Below, one piece after another: positions 16,891 to 25,877 of a DNA stretch of 64,000 bases. The notes beneath the pieces were generated by a model that did no database searches, was not told the DNA's origin, and saw nothing but the letters and a program-made list of their open reading frames with translations. Source of the DNA: Dermatophilaceae bacterium (GTDB taxonomy: Bacteria > Actinomycetota > Actinomycetes > Actinomycetales > Dermatophilaceae); NCBI GenBank assembly GCA_051645525.1, contig JBOFBK010000518.1, forward strand, positions 4,013 to 68,012, given 5' to 3'. Both the position numbers and the translations under genes were made by a program. Position 1 is the first letter of the stretch; every line of letters starts with the position of its first letter.

Positions 16891-17649
16891 GTGGTCAACC
16901 TTACTCAGCTGTCCGGCCTCTCCACACGTGCTCGGCCGGCCGACGGGCTGCTCTCCTCGCCCGCACCCGACGGGCCGCCCCGCGCCCGTCCGGTCCAGGA
17001 GGCGCTCGGCCTCGCCGTGGCTCTTCGTCATCCCGCAGCGGTGCGCCGGCTCCGGCGGGTGCCGCGCGGCGACGGCCACGTGGTCATCGACATCCCGGGG
17101 TGGAAGGCGCCGGAGGCGGTGTCCTGGCCGCTGCGCACCTACCTGCGCGCGATCGGCTACGACGCCCGCCCGTGGGGCTTCGGCGTCAACCGGGGGACGC
17201 CCGAGAAGGATGCCGAACAGCTCGCGGCAGTGGTCGACGACCTTCGGGCGTCGGTCGGGCCGGTGTCACTGGTCGGATGGAGCCTCGGCGGGCTCATCGC
17301 TCGCGAGGTGGCACGCCAGGTGCCGAACGCCGTGCGCCGGGTGGTCACCTATGGCACTCCGGCCGTCGGGGGGCCGGCGCACACGGTCGGCGCCGGTGCG
17401 TTCGGGCCCGAGGAGTGCGCGCGCATCATCACCCTGGTGGACCAGCTCGACCGGGACGCCCCGATCGGCGTGCCGGTGACGGCGATCCTCTCGCGGCGCG
17501 ACGGCGTGGTGGCCTGGCAGGCCTGCCTCGACCGCGCCTCGACCCGGATCGAGCACGTCGAGGTGCCGAGCAGCCACATCGGCCTCGGCGTCGACCCCGA
17601 CGTGTGGGAGGTCGTGGCCGACCGGCTGGCGCGCCCGGCACTGAGCTGA
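16891..17649 (+). CDS. alpha/beta hydrolase (lipase/esterase-like)
   Basis: Nucleophile elbow VGWSLGGLIA. A conserved His lies near the C-terminus (PSSHIGL). The start is uncertain: the track ORF begins at 16777, inside the HxlR gene. Confidence 0.7.
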   Translation: MVNLTQLSGLSTRARPADGLLSSPAPDGPPRARPVQEALGLAVALRHPAAVRRLRRVPRGDGHVVIDIPGWKAPEAVSWPLRTYLRAIGYDARPWGFGVNRGTPEKDAEQLAAVVDDLRASVGPVSLVGWSLGGLIAREVARQVPNAVRRVVTYGTPAVGGPAHTVGAGAFGPEECARIITLVDQLDRDAPIGVPVTAILSRRDGVVAWQACLDRASTRIEHVEVPSSHIGLGVDPDVWEVVADRLARPALS

Positions 17650-17679
17650 TGTCGCGCCACCGCTGATGTCGCGCCACCG
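17646..17679. repeat. 17-bp tandem duplication (CTGATGTCGCGCCACCG x2) spanning the hydrolase stop codon
   Basis: Two perfect adjacent copies at 17646-17662 and 17663-17679. The stop TGA at 17647-17649 lies in copy 1. Confidence 0.9.
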
Positions 17680-17845
17680 AACCCACCGACGTGGACTGCC
17701 CTGCGCCGGTCGTGCGCGCGTGGCCCCGGTTGGCATCATGGGCCCGGAGGCGCTGTCGTTCACGTGGTGAGCGCGCCGCCGCGGCATCCACGGCATCCGG
17801 GGTAGAAAGGTATCGACCCCCGCCCGCGGCATCTCGGAGAGCATC

Positions 17846-19432
17846 GTGCCCGTTCGCCCCTCGCCGTCCTGGCTCGCCGAGTCGGTGCTGTACCAGATCT
17901 ACCCGCAGAGCTTCGCCGACGGCAACGGCGACGGTGTCGGTGACCTGCCGGGGGCGCTCGAACGGCTCGACCACCTGGCCTGGCTCGGCGTCGACGTGGT
18001 GTGGTTCAGCCCGCTGTTCGCGTCGCCGTTCGCCGACGCTGGCTACGACGTCAGCGACTACCTGTCGGTGGCCCCGCGCTACGGCACCGACGAGGACCTC
18101 GTGACGTTCGTCGAGGCGGCGCGCGCCAGGGGCATCCGGGTGCTGCTCGACCTCGTCGCAGGGCACACCTCCGACCAGCACCGGTGGTTCCGTGAGTGGG
18201 CCGAGGACCCCACCGACCACCGGTACATCGGCAGTGCTCGGGTCGGTGCCCCGGCGGCGGCCTGGGCGCCGGTTCCCGGTGCACGCGGCGGGTACTACCT
18301 GCTCAACTTCTACCCGTGCCAGCCGGCCCTCAACTTCGGCTACGCACGCCCGGACGAGCGTGAGCCGTGGCGCCAGCCGGTCGACGCCGACGGCCCTCGG
18401 GCGAACCGTGCGACACTCCGCGAGGTGATGGCGCACTGGTTCGCCCTCGGTGTCAGCGGCTTCCGGGTCGACATGGCGAACTCGCTGGTCAAGGACGACC
18501 TGGGCAAGGCCGAGACCGCCCGGCTGTGGGGCGAGATGCGCGCCTGGATGGACCGCGAGCACCCCGATGCGGTGCTGCTCTCGGAGTGGGGAGACCCGGC
18601 CGTGGCAGTGCCGGCCGGGTTCCACGCCGACTTCTTCCTCCAGTTCGACCGGCCCGCACTGCGCTCGCTGTGGCACACCGGCCTCGGCACCCACGACGCC
18701 GGCTGGAGCGACCCGGGGCGCTTCTTCTTCGACCCGGCCGGTAGCGGGGGCATCGACACCTTCCTGCGTGAGTGGCGGGCGGCTGTGGCGGCGATCGGCG
18801 ACGGCGGCGGCCACGTGGCGCTGCCCACCGCCAACCACGACTTCGCCCGCCTGGTCACCGGCCCGAGGACGGCGGACCAGGTGGCCGGTGCGTTCGTCTT
18901 CCTGCTCACCTGGCCGACCCTCCCGGTCGTCTACTACGGCGACGAGATCGGCATGCGGTACGTCGACGACCTCCCGGACGTCGAGGGCAGCGTGCTCACC
19001 CCGACCCACAACCGGTCGGGGTCGCGCACCCCGATGCAGTGGGATGACGGCCCGGGCGCGGGTTTCTCGACCGCCTCGCCGGAGCGCTTCTACCTGCCGC
19101 TCGATCCTGATCCCGTGCGTCCGACCGTGGCCGCGCAGCGCGCGGACGAGGGGTCGCTCCTGCATCTCGTGCGGCGGCTCGTCGCACTGCGTCGCGCGAC
19201 GCCCGCGCTGGGCGCGGGCGGCGGCGTCGACGTGCTCCACGAGGGCTACCCCTTCGTGTACCGACGCGGCGGCACTCATCTCGTCGTCGTCAACCCACGT
19301 CGCGACCCGGCGTCGGCGCCGATCCCCCCGGGATGGGAGGGCGCACGAGCGCTCGAGGTGAGCGGGGTCGTCATCCGCCCGGCCCAGGTGGAGGTCGGTG
19401 GCTTCGGGTATGCGGTGTTCGAGCGCAGCTGA
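17846..19432 (+). CDS. GH13 alpha-glucosidase / oligo-1,6-glucosidase family
   Basis: YQIYPQSFADGNGDGVGDL, GVDVVWFSPLF, RVLLDLVAGHTS, GFRVDMA, EW.. and NHD motifs of the alpha-amylase family. Confidence 0.88.
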   Translation: MPVRPSPSWLAESVLYQIYPQSFADGNGDGVGDLPGALERLDHLAWLGVDVVWFSPLFASPFADAGYDVSDYLSVAPRYGTDEDLVTFVEAARARGIRVLLDLVAGHTSDQHRWFREWAEDPTDHRYIGSARVGAPAAAWAPVPGARGGYYLLNFYPCQPALNFGYARPDEREPWRQPVDADGPRANRATLREVMAHWFALGVSGFRVDMANSLVKDDLGKAETARLWGEMRAWMDREHPDAVLLSEWGDPAVAVPAGFHADFFLQFDRPALRSLWHTGLGTHDAGWSDPGRFFFDPAGSGGIDTFLREWRAAVAAIGDGGGHVALPTANHDFARLVTGPRTADQVAGAFVFLLTWPTLPVVYYGDEIGMRYVDDLPDVEGSVLTPTHNRSGSRTPMQWDDGPGAGFSTASPERFYLPLDPDPVRPTVAAQRADEGSLLHLVRRLVALRRATPALGAGGGVDVLHEGYPFVYRRGGTHLVVVNPRRDPASAPIPPGWEGARALEVSGVVIRPAQVEVGGFGYAVFERS

Positions 19433-19639
19433 GCCGCAGGCGTTCTCGACGACAGTCGAATCCGCGAGGGTCGGTCTTGGTCAGGGCGCCGGTCTCTTGC
19501 GCCTCGTACCTAGCGCCTGCTAGTTTCGTGGGACGCGCTCGACGAGCGCGGGAGTGACCCCCGGCGTCCGGGCGTCACTGCCGCTCGCAGGACGTCCGAC
19601 CCGCTGCCCGGCGACCGGGCGGATCCGGGTGCCGCCATC

Positions 19640-20788
19640 ATGCTCAGAAGTGAGTCCCGCATGCCTCAAACCGATCTGTCCACCTCGCCCGAGCGGCTCA
19701 CCACCGCGTCGGGCGTCGCCTTCGTCCGCACGCCCGACAGCCGATTCGACGGCCTGCCCGCGTGGCCCTACGAGCCGCGGTACGTCGAGATCGACGGTCT
19801 GCGGCAGGCGTATGTCGACCAGGGCCCGGCCGACGCCCACCCGATCCTGCTGCTCCACGGACAGCCGTCGTGGGGGTACCTCTACCGACTGATGATCCCG
19901 GTGCTGGTCGAGGCGGGCTATCGCGTCGTCGCCATGGACCACCTGGGCATGGGCCGTTCGGACAAGCCGCTGGACCCGGAGTTCTACAGCTTCGACCTGC
20001 ACGCCGACCGGCTCCGGCGATTCGTCGACGAGCTCGAGCTGCAGGAGGCGACCCTCTTCGCCCAGGACTGGGGCAGCGTGCTCGCGATGTGGACCGTCGC
20101 CCACGATCTCAGCCTGTTCTCGCGCATCGCGATCGGCAACGGCGGCTTCCCGCCGAACGCGCCGAGCTTCCGACTGCCGCCGGCCGACAACCCGCTGGTG
20201 GTCGCCTTCGGCCAGATGCTGGAGTCGATGCCCGCCCAGCAGCCGCGCTTCTTCGACGACGACGGCAACATCGACATGGCGGCGCTCGGCGGCAACCTGA
20301 TGCCAGACGCCGACGCCATAGCCGACAGCGCCCAGTACTCCGACACCATGGACGGCGTCATGTTCGCCCAGTGGGCTGGTTACGCCGGCAACTCGGAGAG
20401 CTTCCGCCCCTCCGTCTTCGTCGAAGCGCTCACCTACCGCGACCTCGGAGCCGAGGCGCGGGCGGGATACGACGCCCCGTTCCCGACGCGGGAGTATCTG
20501 GCCGGTCCGCGCTCGTTTCCGCGATGCCTCAGCGATCTCCACGGTCGTACCGCGGAACCCAAGGAGGCCCTGAAGGGCTACCGAAAGCCGGTGCTGACGA
20601 TCTTCGGTCGCAACGACCCGGGTCTGCTGAGTCCCGAGTCCGACGACCAACCGTGGATCATCGAGAACATGCCGGGCGCCGCGGGCCAGGACCATCACGG
20701 TTACCCCGACGCCAGCCACTTCCTGCAGGAGGACAAAGGCAAGGACATCGCCCGCCGGCTGCTCGCCTTCATCGAGGGATCGCCCTGA
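19640..20788 (+). CDS. haloalkane dehalogenase-like alpha/beta hydrolase (HLD-I/DhlA-like) with an enlarged cap region
   Basis: LLLHGQPSWGYLYRLMIP, nucleophile FAQDWGS, C-terminal DASHFLQED. 382 aa versus about 300-310 for typical members. Confidence 0.75.
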   Translation: MLRSESRMPQTDLSTSPERLTTASGVAFVRTPDSRFDGLPAWPYEPRYVEIDGLRQAYVDQGPADAHPILLLHGQPSWGYLYRLMIPVLVEAGYRVVAMDHLGMGRSDKPLDPEFYSFDLHADRLRRFVDELELQEATLFAQDWGSVLAMWTVAHDLSLFSRIAIGNGGFPPNAPSFRLPPADNPLVVAFGQMLESMPAQQPRFFDDDGNIDMAALGGNLMPDADAIADSAQYSDTMDGVMFAQWAGYAGNSESFRPSVFVEALTYRDLGAEARAGYDAPFPTREYLAGPRSFPRCLSDLHGRTAEPKEALKGYRKPVLTIFGRNDPGLLSPESDDQPWIIENMPGAAGQDHHGYPDASHFLQEDKGKDIARRLLAFIEGSP

Positions 20789-20882
20789 CCGTGGCTGCGC
20801 GGTACGCCGCACGCTCGACCGCCGTGGTCCCGCCGCCACCCCCGCCTCGCCCGACATCCGACCCGTCCGCAAGGAGAGCACC

Positions 20883-21179
20883 ATGACCGTCGCCGGCACC
20901 TGGAACCTGACCATTTCGACCCCGATCGGCAAGCAGCAGGGCACGTTCGACGTCCAGGTCGACGGCACCGCGCTCAGCGGCACGGCGCAGGTGCTCGGCG
21001 GCACCGTCCCGCTCACCGACGGCTCCGCCGACGGCGACGCGATGCGGTTCACCGTCACTGTCACCAACCCGATGAAGATGGACCTCACGTTCGACCTGGT
21101 CGCCGACGGCGACACCGTGGCCGGCACGGTCAAGGCCGGGCCGATCGGCACGCAGAAGGTTGTCGGTGAGCGGGCCTGA
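20883..21179 (+). CDS. small all-beta hypothetical protein
   Basis: 98 aa with a repetitive G-T/V-D pattern (GTWNLTISTPIGKQQGTFDVQVDGTALSGTA...). RBS AAGGAGAG. High GC3. Confidence 0.6.
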   Translation: MTVAGTWNLTISTPIGKQQGTFDVQVDGTALSGTAQVLGGTVPLTDGSADGDAMRFTVTVTNPMKMDLTFDLVADGDTVAGTVKAGPIGTQKVVGERA

Positions 21180-21218
21180 CCGCCGGCGCCACCTCGTGAC
21201 CTCGTGACCACCGTGCTC

Positions 21219-21260
21219 GGTGACACCCCGGCCCGTCGAGGTCTCGGCCGGGGTGTCACC
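21219..21260. terminator. bidirectional hairpin between convergent genes
   Basis: Perfect 15-bp arms, GGTGACACCCCGGCC / GGCCGGGGTGTCACC, with a 12-nt loop. Confidence 0.7.
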
Positions 21261-21302
21261 CGGCAGCACCGGGTGTCTCCATGCCTGACGGCGCGCGGCA
21301 GG

Positions 21303-21617
21303 TCAGCCCCAGCCTCCCGCTCGTAGCAGGGCGGCGACCGCAGCGGCGCCCACCACGACGACGAGGAAGTTGGCGCGAAGCACCAGCAGCACGATCGCCG
21401 CTGCCAGTGCGGCGAGCCGGGCGTCGACCACGAGCGACCCGCCGTCGCCCGCGACGGTCTGCACCGCGACCAAGGCCGCCAGCAGTGCCACGGGAAGCAG
21501 CGCGATCACCCGCGACCGTCGCTCGCCCTCGACCCAGCGCTCCGGCACGACGTAGCCGGCGAGCTTGAGCGCGAACGCGGCGGCGCAGGCGAGCAGCACC
21601 GTGGTCCACGGGCTCAC
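21303..21617 (-). CDS. azlD: branched-chain amino acid exporter small subunit AzlD
   Basis: 104 aa, 3-4 TM. N-terminus LLACAAAFALKLAGYVVP is typical of AzlD. Overlaps the azlC stop by 4 nt. Confidence 0.8.
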   Translation of the reverse strand: MSPWTTVLLACAAAFALKLAGYVVPERWVEGERRSRVIALLPVALLAALVAVQTVAGDGGSLVVDARLAALAAAIVLLVLRANFLVVVVGAAAVAALLRAGGWG

Positions 21618-22384
21618 GGCACCGGGTCCGATCCGGCGAGGCGGTCGTCATCCACGCGCGGTGGCCGAGGCCGTCCGGGGCGCCACACACCGACGGCCAC
21701 CGCGGCGAGCGCCGCGAGGATGACGGGAACCCCGGCCGGGAGGACTGGGCTGGCCAGCAGCGCGACGAACGCGGCGAGGACGGCGGTGGCGGCGGCGTCA
21801 CCGCTGCGCAGCCGCGGCCAGAGCAACGCCGCGAAGGCCGCCGCCGCGGCCGCGTCGAGGCCGAGCTCCCTCGGGTCGCCGACCGCGTTGCCGAGCAGCG
21901 CGCCGGCGAGGGTCATGAGGTTCCACAGGGCGAAGACCGCCAGCCCGGTGAGCCAGAAGCCGCGTCGCCGCAGCGGCAGCTCGGGTTGGGCCACCCCGAC
22001 GGCGGTCGACTCGTCGATGGTCAGGTGTGCAGCGACCAGCCGCCGCCAGCCGTACACACCGAGGAACCGTGCGGTCTGCAGGGCGTACAGCCCGTTGCGG
22101 ATGCCGAGCAGGGACGACGTGGCGACCGCGGTGGCGCCGCCGCCCCCAGCGCCGAGGATGCCGACGACCGCGAACTGGGAGCCGCCACTGAACAGCAGCG
22201 CCGAGAGCGCCTGGGTCTGCCAGACGTCGAGACCGCTCGCCACCGAGAGCGCGCCGAAGGAGACCCCGTACGCACCGGTGGCCGCGCCGACGGAGAGGGA
22301 CTGGCGAGTCACCTCGCGGCGGCGAACCGGGTCGACGTCGCGGGTGCGGCCGCGACCGCTACCAGTCGTGGGTGCCTCGCTCAC
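21614..22384 (-). CDS. azlC: branched-chain amino acid exporter AzlC
   Basis: GAATGAYGVSFGALSVASGLDVWQTQALSALLFSGGSQFA matches the AzlC signature. The GTG at 22384 overlaps the stop of the GNAT gene (GTGA). Confidence 0.8.
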   Translation of the reverse strand: MSEAPTTGSGRGRTRDVDPVRRREVTRQSLSVGAATGAYGVSFGALSVASGLDVWQTQALSALLFSGGSQFAVVGILGAGGGGATAVATSSLLGIRNGLYALQTARFLGVYGWRRLVAAHLTIDESTAVGVAQPELPLRRRGFWLTGLAVFALWNLMTLAGALLGNAVGDPRELGLDAAAAAAFAALLWPRLRSGDAAATAVLAAFVALLASPVLPAGVPVILAALAAVAVGVWRPGRPRPPRVDDDRLAGSDPVP

Positions 22385-22959
22385 GGCGAGGTGTCGGTGA
22401 GCCGGGCGGTGAGCCGCACCTCGCGCAGGGTGGCGCCGTCCTCCGCGACGACCCGGTCGCGGTAGGCGGCGTCCGGCGCCAGACCCGAGGAGGCCAGGAA
22501 GGCCCGGCCCGCATCGTCGTCGGCGAGCAGCCAGGTGGCGACCGTCTCCGCACCGGCCTCGCGCAGCACGTCGACCGCGGCGTTGAGCAGCCGAGACCCG
22601 TGGCCCTGCCGGCGGGCGTCGGGATGGACCGCGAGCAGCGTCACCTCGCCCTGTGTGGGACCGGCGTCGGGATCCTGTGACGGACCCACGGCCACCACGC
22701 CGACGACCTGCTCGCCGGCACACGCGACGAGCAGGCGGTGCACGCCGGCCGGGGGAGCGGCCAGGCTGTCCCGCCACACCCGCGCGAAGGCCTCCGGCTC
22801 GAAGGCGGCGCACACGTCATCCGGGACCCGGCCGGTGTAGATGTCGCGGAACACCACGGCCTGGACGAGCCCCACCGCCGGCGCATCGTTGGGCCGCGCG
22901 GCGCGCACACTCGCGTCGGCGGTGGGGGCCGGAGCGTGCTCGTGGTCGTGGTGAGGCAC
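22381..22959 (-). CDS. GNAT family N-acetyltransferase
   Basis: Acetyl-CoA motif LLAVHPDARRQGHGSRLLNAAV. 192 aa starting from GTG 22959. Confidence 0.8.
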   Translation of the reverse strand: MPHHDHEHAPAPTADASVRAARPNDAPAVGLVQAVVFRDIYTGRVPDDVCAAFEPEAFARVWRDSLAAPPAGVHRLLVACAGEQVVGVVAVGPSQDPDAGPTQGEVTLLAVHPDARRQGHGSRLLNAAVDVLREAGAETVATWLLADDDAGRAFLASSGLAPDAAYRDRVVAEDGATLREVRLTARLTDTSP

Positions 22960-22966
22960 GGTCGCG

Positions 22967-22972
22967 ACCCTA
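22967..22972 (-). promoter_or_regulatory. -10-like TAGGGT, 7 nt before the GNAT GTG (leaderless-type)
   Basis: The minus strand reads TAGGGT-cgcgacc-GTG. Confidence 0.4.
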
Positions 22973-23082
22973 CCGAGCCGTCGAGGCCGGGCCGCGTCAC
23001 GGGCCGGATGACGAGGCGAGCACGGTGAGGGGTTTCCGTCGAAGGTACGGCGTCCGCACCGGCCGCCGAGCCGCCGCAGGCC

Positions 23083-23088
23083 TACAGT
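23083..23088 (+). promoter_or_regulatory. -10-like TACAGT, 7 nt before ATG 23096 (leaderless-type)
   Basis: TACAGT-cgtccgc-ATG. Confidence 0.4.
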
Positions 23089-23095
23089 CGTCCGC

Positions 23096-24022
23096 ATGCC
23101 TCTGCCGCTCCGCGTGGTGCCGGTGCCCGGGCACGGCGCCGAGGACGTTCTCGTCGGCGCCGATGGCAGGGTGTGGACCGGCACGGTCGACGGCGCGTTG
23201 CACATGTACGACCCGGTGGCGGACGCGGTGCGCACCGTCGCCGCGACGGGCGGGCGGCCGCTCGGTCTGGAGTGGCTCCCCGACGGGCGTCTCCTGATCT
23301 GCGACGCCCATCGTGGGCTGCTCGCCCTCGACCTCGACAGCACCGTGGTCGAGACGCTGGCCAGCGGGGACGACGGGGTGCCGTTCCTGCTCACCAACAA
23401 TGCCGCCGTGCAGGCCGACGGCACGATCTGGTTCAGCGACTCCAGCCAGGTGTGGGGTGTCGAGGACTGGAAGAACGACCTCATCGAGCACACCTGCACC
23501 GGGCGGCTGCTGCGCCGCACCATCGACGGCGCGGTCGAGCCGGTGCTCGACGGTCTCGCCTTCGCCAACGGGGTGGCCCTCACCAGCACCGAGGATGCCG
23601 TGCTCGTGGCCGAGACCGGCACGTGCCGGATCCGCCGGCTCTCGCTCACCGGCGGCCGCCCGGGCCCGGCGACCACGTGGGTCGACGGCCTCCCCGGCCA
23701 TCCCGACAACATCGCCCTCGGCTCCGACGGGCTCATCTGGGTGACGATCGGCTCGCCGGCCGACGCCACGCTCCGGCTGCTCGCGCGCAGCCCTCGCGCG
23801 GTGCGCGCGCTGGCCCGTCGCCTCCCCGAGCGGATGAAGCCCGCCCCACGCCGCACCGCGCGCGTCCTCGCGCTCGACCCGGACGCGCGCGTGGTCCACG
23901 ACCTCGACTTCGACGCGACTCGGTGGCACGTGGCGACCGGAGTGCGCGAGCACCACGGCCGGGTCTGGCTCGGCAGTCTGGTCGAGCCGGCGATCGCCGT
24001 CGGCACGGTGCCGGCCGGCTGA
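23096..24022 (+). CDS. strictosidine synthase / SMP-30-gluconolactonase-like beta-propeller protein
   Basis: Motifs GRPLGLEW.PDGRLLICDA, NNAAVQADGTIWFSDSS, FANGVAL and PDNIALGSDGLIWV, typical of the SGL/Str_synth family. Confidence 0.75.
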   Translation: MPLPLRVVPVPGHGAEDVLVGADGRVWTGTVDGALHMYDPVADAVRTVAATGGRPLGLEWLPDGRLLICDAHRGLLALDLDSTVVETLASGDDGVPFLLTNNAAVQADGTIWFSDSSQVWGVEDWKNDLIEHTCTGRLLRRTIDGAVEPVLDGLAFANGVALTSTEDAVLVAETGTCRIRRLSLTGGRPGPATTWVDGLPGHPDNIALGSDGLIWVTIGSPADATLRLLARSPRAVRALARRLPERMKPAPRRTARVLALDPDARVVHDLDFDATRWHVATGVREHHGRVWLGSLVEPAIAVGTVPAG

Positions 24023-24061
24023 GCGCCGGGCGCTGTCGGCGCCGTGTGATCGGATGACGAC

Positions 24062-24490
24062 GTGCACCAGCCGCTGTCCCCGCGCCTCGCCGCTGTGCTC
24101 GCGGCGCTGCCGCTGCGCCCCGGACTGCGGGTGGTCGAGATCGGCGGGGCGCCCGGCGCGTTGGCGCGTGCCCTCGCCGGCCGGGTGGCCCCGGACGGGC
24201 ACGTCCTCGTCGTCGACCGTTCCGCCCGCGGGGTGGCGTTGACCGAGCGGGCCTGCGCCGCCGAGATCGCGGCCGGCCTGCTCGCGGTGCGCTGCGTCGC
24301 GGGGGAGCAGCTCGCGCTGGAGCCGGGGGAGCGGCGCTACGACCTCGCGGTGGCGAACCGGGTCGGGGCGCTCGACGGCCGTCATCCGGTGGTGGGTGAA
24401 CGCCTGCTCGCCCGCCTCGACGAGGTGCTCACCGACGACGGCGGGCTCTGGGTCGACGGTCGGCCCTCTCCACGGTCGCCCCGCTCGTAG
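24062..24490 (+). CDS. small class I SAM-dependent methyltransferase-like protein
   Basis: Motif I-like RVVEIGGAPGALARALA followed by HVLVVDRS. 142 aa. The 3' end overlaps the convergent folA ORF by 109 nt. Confidence 0.5.
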   Translation: MHQPLSPRLAAVLAALPLRPGLRVVEIGGAPGALARALAGRVAPDGHVLVVDRSARGVALTERACAAEIAAGLLAVRCVAGEQLALEPGERRYDLAVANRVGALDGRHPVVGERLLARLDEVLTDDGGLWVDGRPSPRSPRS

Positions 24491-24942
24491 GTGACCCACG
24501 CAAAGCCGTCGCGCGGGTCGCGCGCGGTCTCGTGCCACGCGGCGGGGTCGATGGACGGAAAGAGCACGTCACCGTCCGGTTCCGCGTCGACCTCGGTGAC
24601 GAGCAGCCGGTGGGCGAAGGGCATCGCCTCGGCGTACACCTCGCCACCTCCGGCGACGAACACCTCGTCGGCCGGCCCGGCCAGGGCGAGTGCCTCGGAG
24701 AACGAGTGCGCGGTCTCGACGTCGGCATGGGACCAGTGGGTCTGCCTGGTGATGACGATGGTCCGCCGCCCGGGCAGCACTCGCCCGATCGAGTCGAAGG
24801 TGCGCCGGCCCATGACGAGAGGGTGACCCATCGTCATCCGCTTGAAGTAGGCGAAGTCCTCGGGAAGGTGCCACGGCATCGCGTTGCCGGTGCCGATGAC
24901 CCCGTTGCGGGCCACCGCGGCGATGAGGGTGACGCGCGTCAT
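24382..24942 (-). CDS. folA: dihydrofolate reductase (with a 32-aa low-complexity C-terminal tail)
   Basis: LIAAVARNGVIGTGNAMPWHLPEDFAYFKRMTMGHPLVMGRRTFDSIG...VAGGGEVY. The conserved domain ends at about WVTYER (about nt 24480). Confidence 0.9.
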   Translation of the reverse strand: MTRVTLIAAVARNGVIGTGNAMPWHLPEDFAYFKRMTMGHPLVMGRRTFDSIGRVLPGRRTIVITRQTHWSHADVETAHSFSEALALAGPADEVFVAGGGEVYAEAMPFAHRLLVTEVDAEPDGDVLFPSIDPAAWHETARDPRDGFAWVTYERGDRGEGRPSTQSPPSSVSTSSRRASRRSPTTG

Positions 24943-24957
24943 CCGGGATCGCCTCGC

Positions 24958-25767
24958 TCAGACCGCGATCGGGGCCTTGATCGACGGGTGCGCCTCGTAG
25001 CCGACGAGCTCGATGTCGTCGACGTCGTAGTCGTCGAGCGCGGCCTTCCGGGCGATCCGCACCGTCGGCAGTGGGAGCGGCTCCCGGGTGAGCTGCAGCC
25101 GGGCCTGCTCGACGTGGGTGGAGTACAGGTGGGCGTCGCCGAGGGTGTGCACGAAGTGCCCCGGCCGCAGGTCGCACTGCTGGGCCACCATCGTCGTGAG
25201 CAACGCGTAGGAGGCGATGTTGAACGGTACGCCGAGGAAGACGTCGGCGCTGCGCTGGTAGAGCTGGCAGTCGAGCCATGCCGGCCCGCCGTCACCGGAC
25301 GGGCGCACGTAGAACTGGAAGAGCGCGTGGCACGGCGGCAGCGCCATGTCGTCGACATCGGCGACGTTCCACGCCGAGACGAGGTGCCGACGACTGTCGG
25401 GATTGGTGCGGATGCCCTCGACGACGCGGGCCAGCTGGTCGATGTGGCCGCCCCCCGGGGTCGGCCACGAGCGCCACTGGTGCCCGTAGACCGGGCCGAG
25501 GTCGCCGTTCTCGTCGGCCCACTCGTCCCAGATCGAGATGCCGCGCTCCTGCAGCCAGCGCACGTTGGTGTCGCCGCGCAGGAACCACAGCAGCTCGCCG
25601 ACGATCGAGCGCAGGTGCAGCCGCTTCGTCGTGAGCATCGGAAAGCCGTCGGCGAGGTCGACACGCATCTGGTAGCCGAACACGCTGCGCGTGCCGGTCC
25701 CGGTGCGGTCGGACTTCTCGACCCCGGTGGTCAGCACGTGATCGAGCAGGTCGAGGTACTGGCGCAC
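24958..25767 (-). CDS. thyA: thymidylate synthase (ThyA)
   Basis: RQYLDLL...[12 protein letters not shown]...[17 protein letters not shown]...PPCH.LFQF..., 269 aa from GTG 25767. The track ORF's 40-aa N-extension is rejected. Confidence 0.93.
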   Translation of the reverse strand: MRQYLDLLDHVLTTGVEKSDRTGTGTRSVFGYQMRVDLADGFPMLTTKRLHLRSIVGELLWFLRGDTNVRWLQERGISIWDEWADENGDLGPVYGHQWRSWPTPGGGHIDQLARVVEGIRTNPDSRRHLVSAWNVADVDDMALPPCHALFQFYVRPSGDGGPAWLDCQLYQRSADVFLGVPFNIASYALLTTMVAQQCDLRPGHFVHTLGDAHLYSTHVEQARLQLTREPLPLPTVRIARKAALDDYDVDDIELVGYEAHPSIKAPIAV

Positions 25768-25773
25768 GCGCCC

Positions 25774-25779
25774 AGGGTA
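25774..25779 (-). promoter_or_regulatory. -10-like TACCCT, 6 nt before the thyA GTG (leaderless-type)
   Basis: The minus strand reads TACCCT-gggcgc-GTG. Confidence 0.4.
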
Positions 25780-25865
25780 CGGCCGGTCACCGACGTCGGA
25801 TGCCGCGGCGCGGCGGTGGCCGCGCCCTCGGGCGGCGAGCGGCGAGCGCCGGCGTCGGCGGCCAC

Positions 25866-25871
25866 TACGCT
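25866..25871 (+). promoter_or_regulatory. -10-like TACGCT, 6 nt before the dapA ATG (leaderless-type)
   Basis: TACGCT-ggccgg-ATG. Confidence 0.4.
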
Positions 25872-25877
25872 GGCCGG

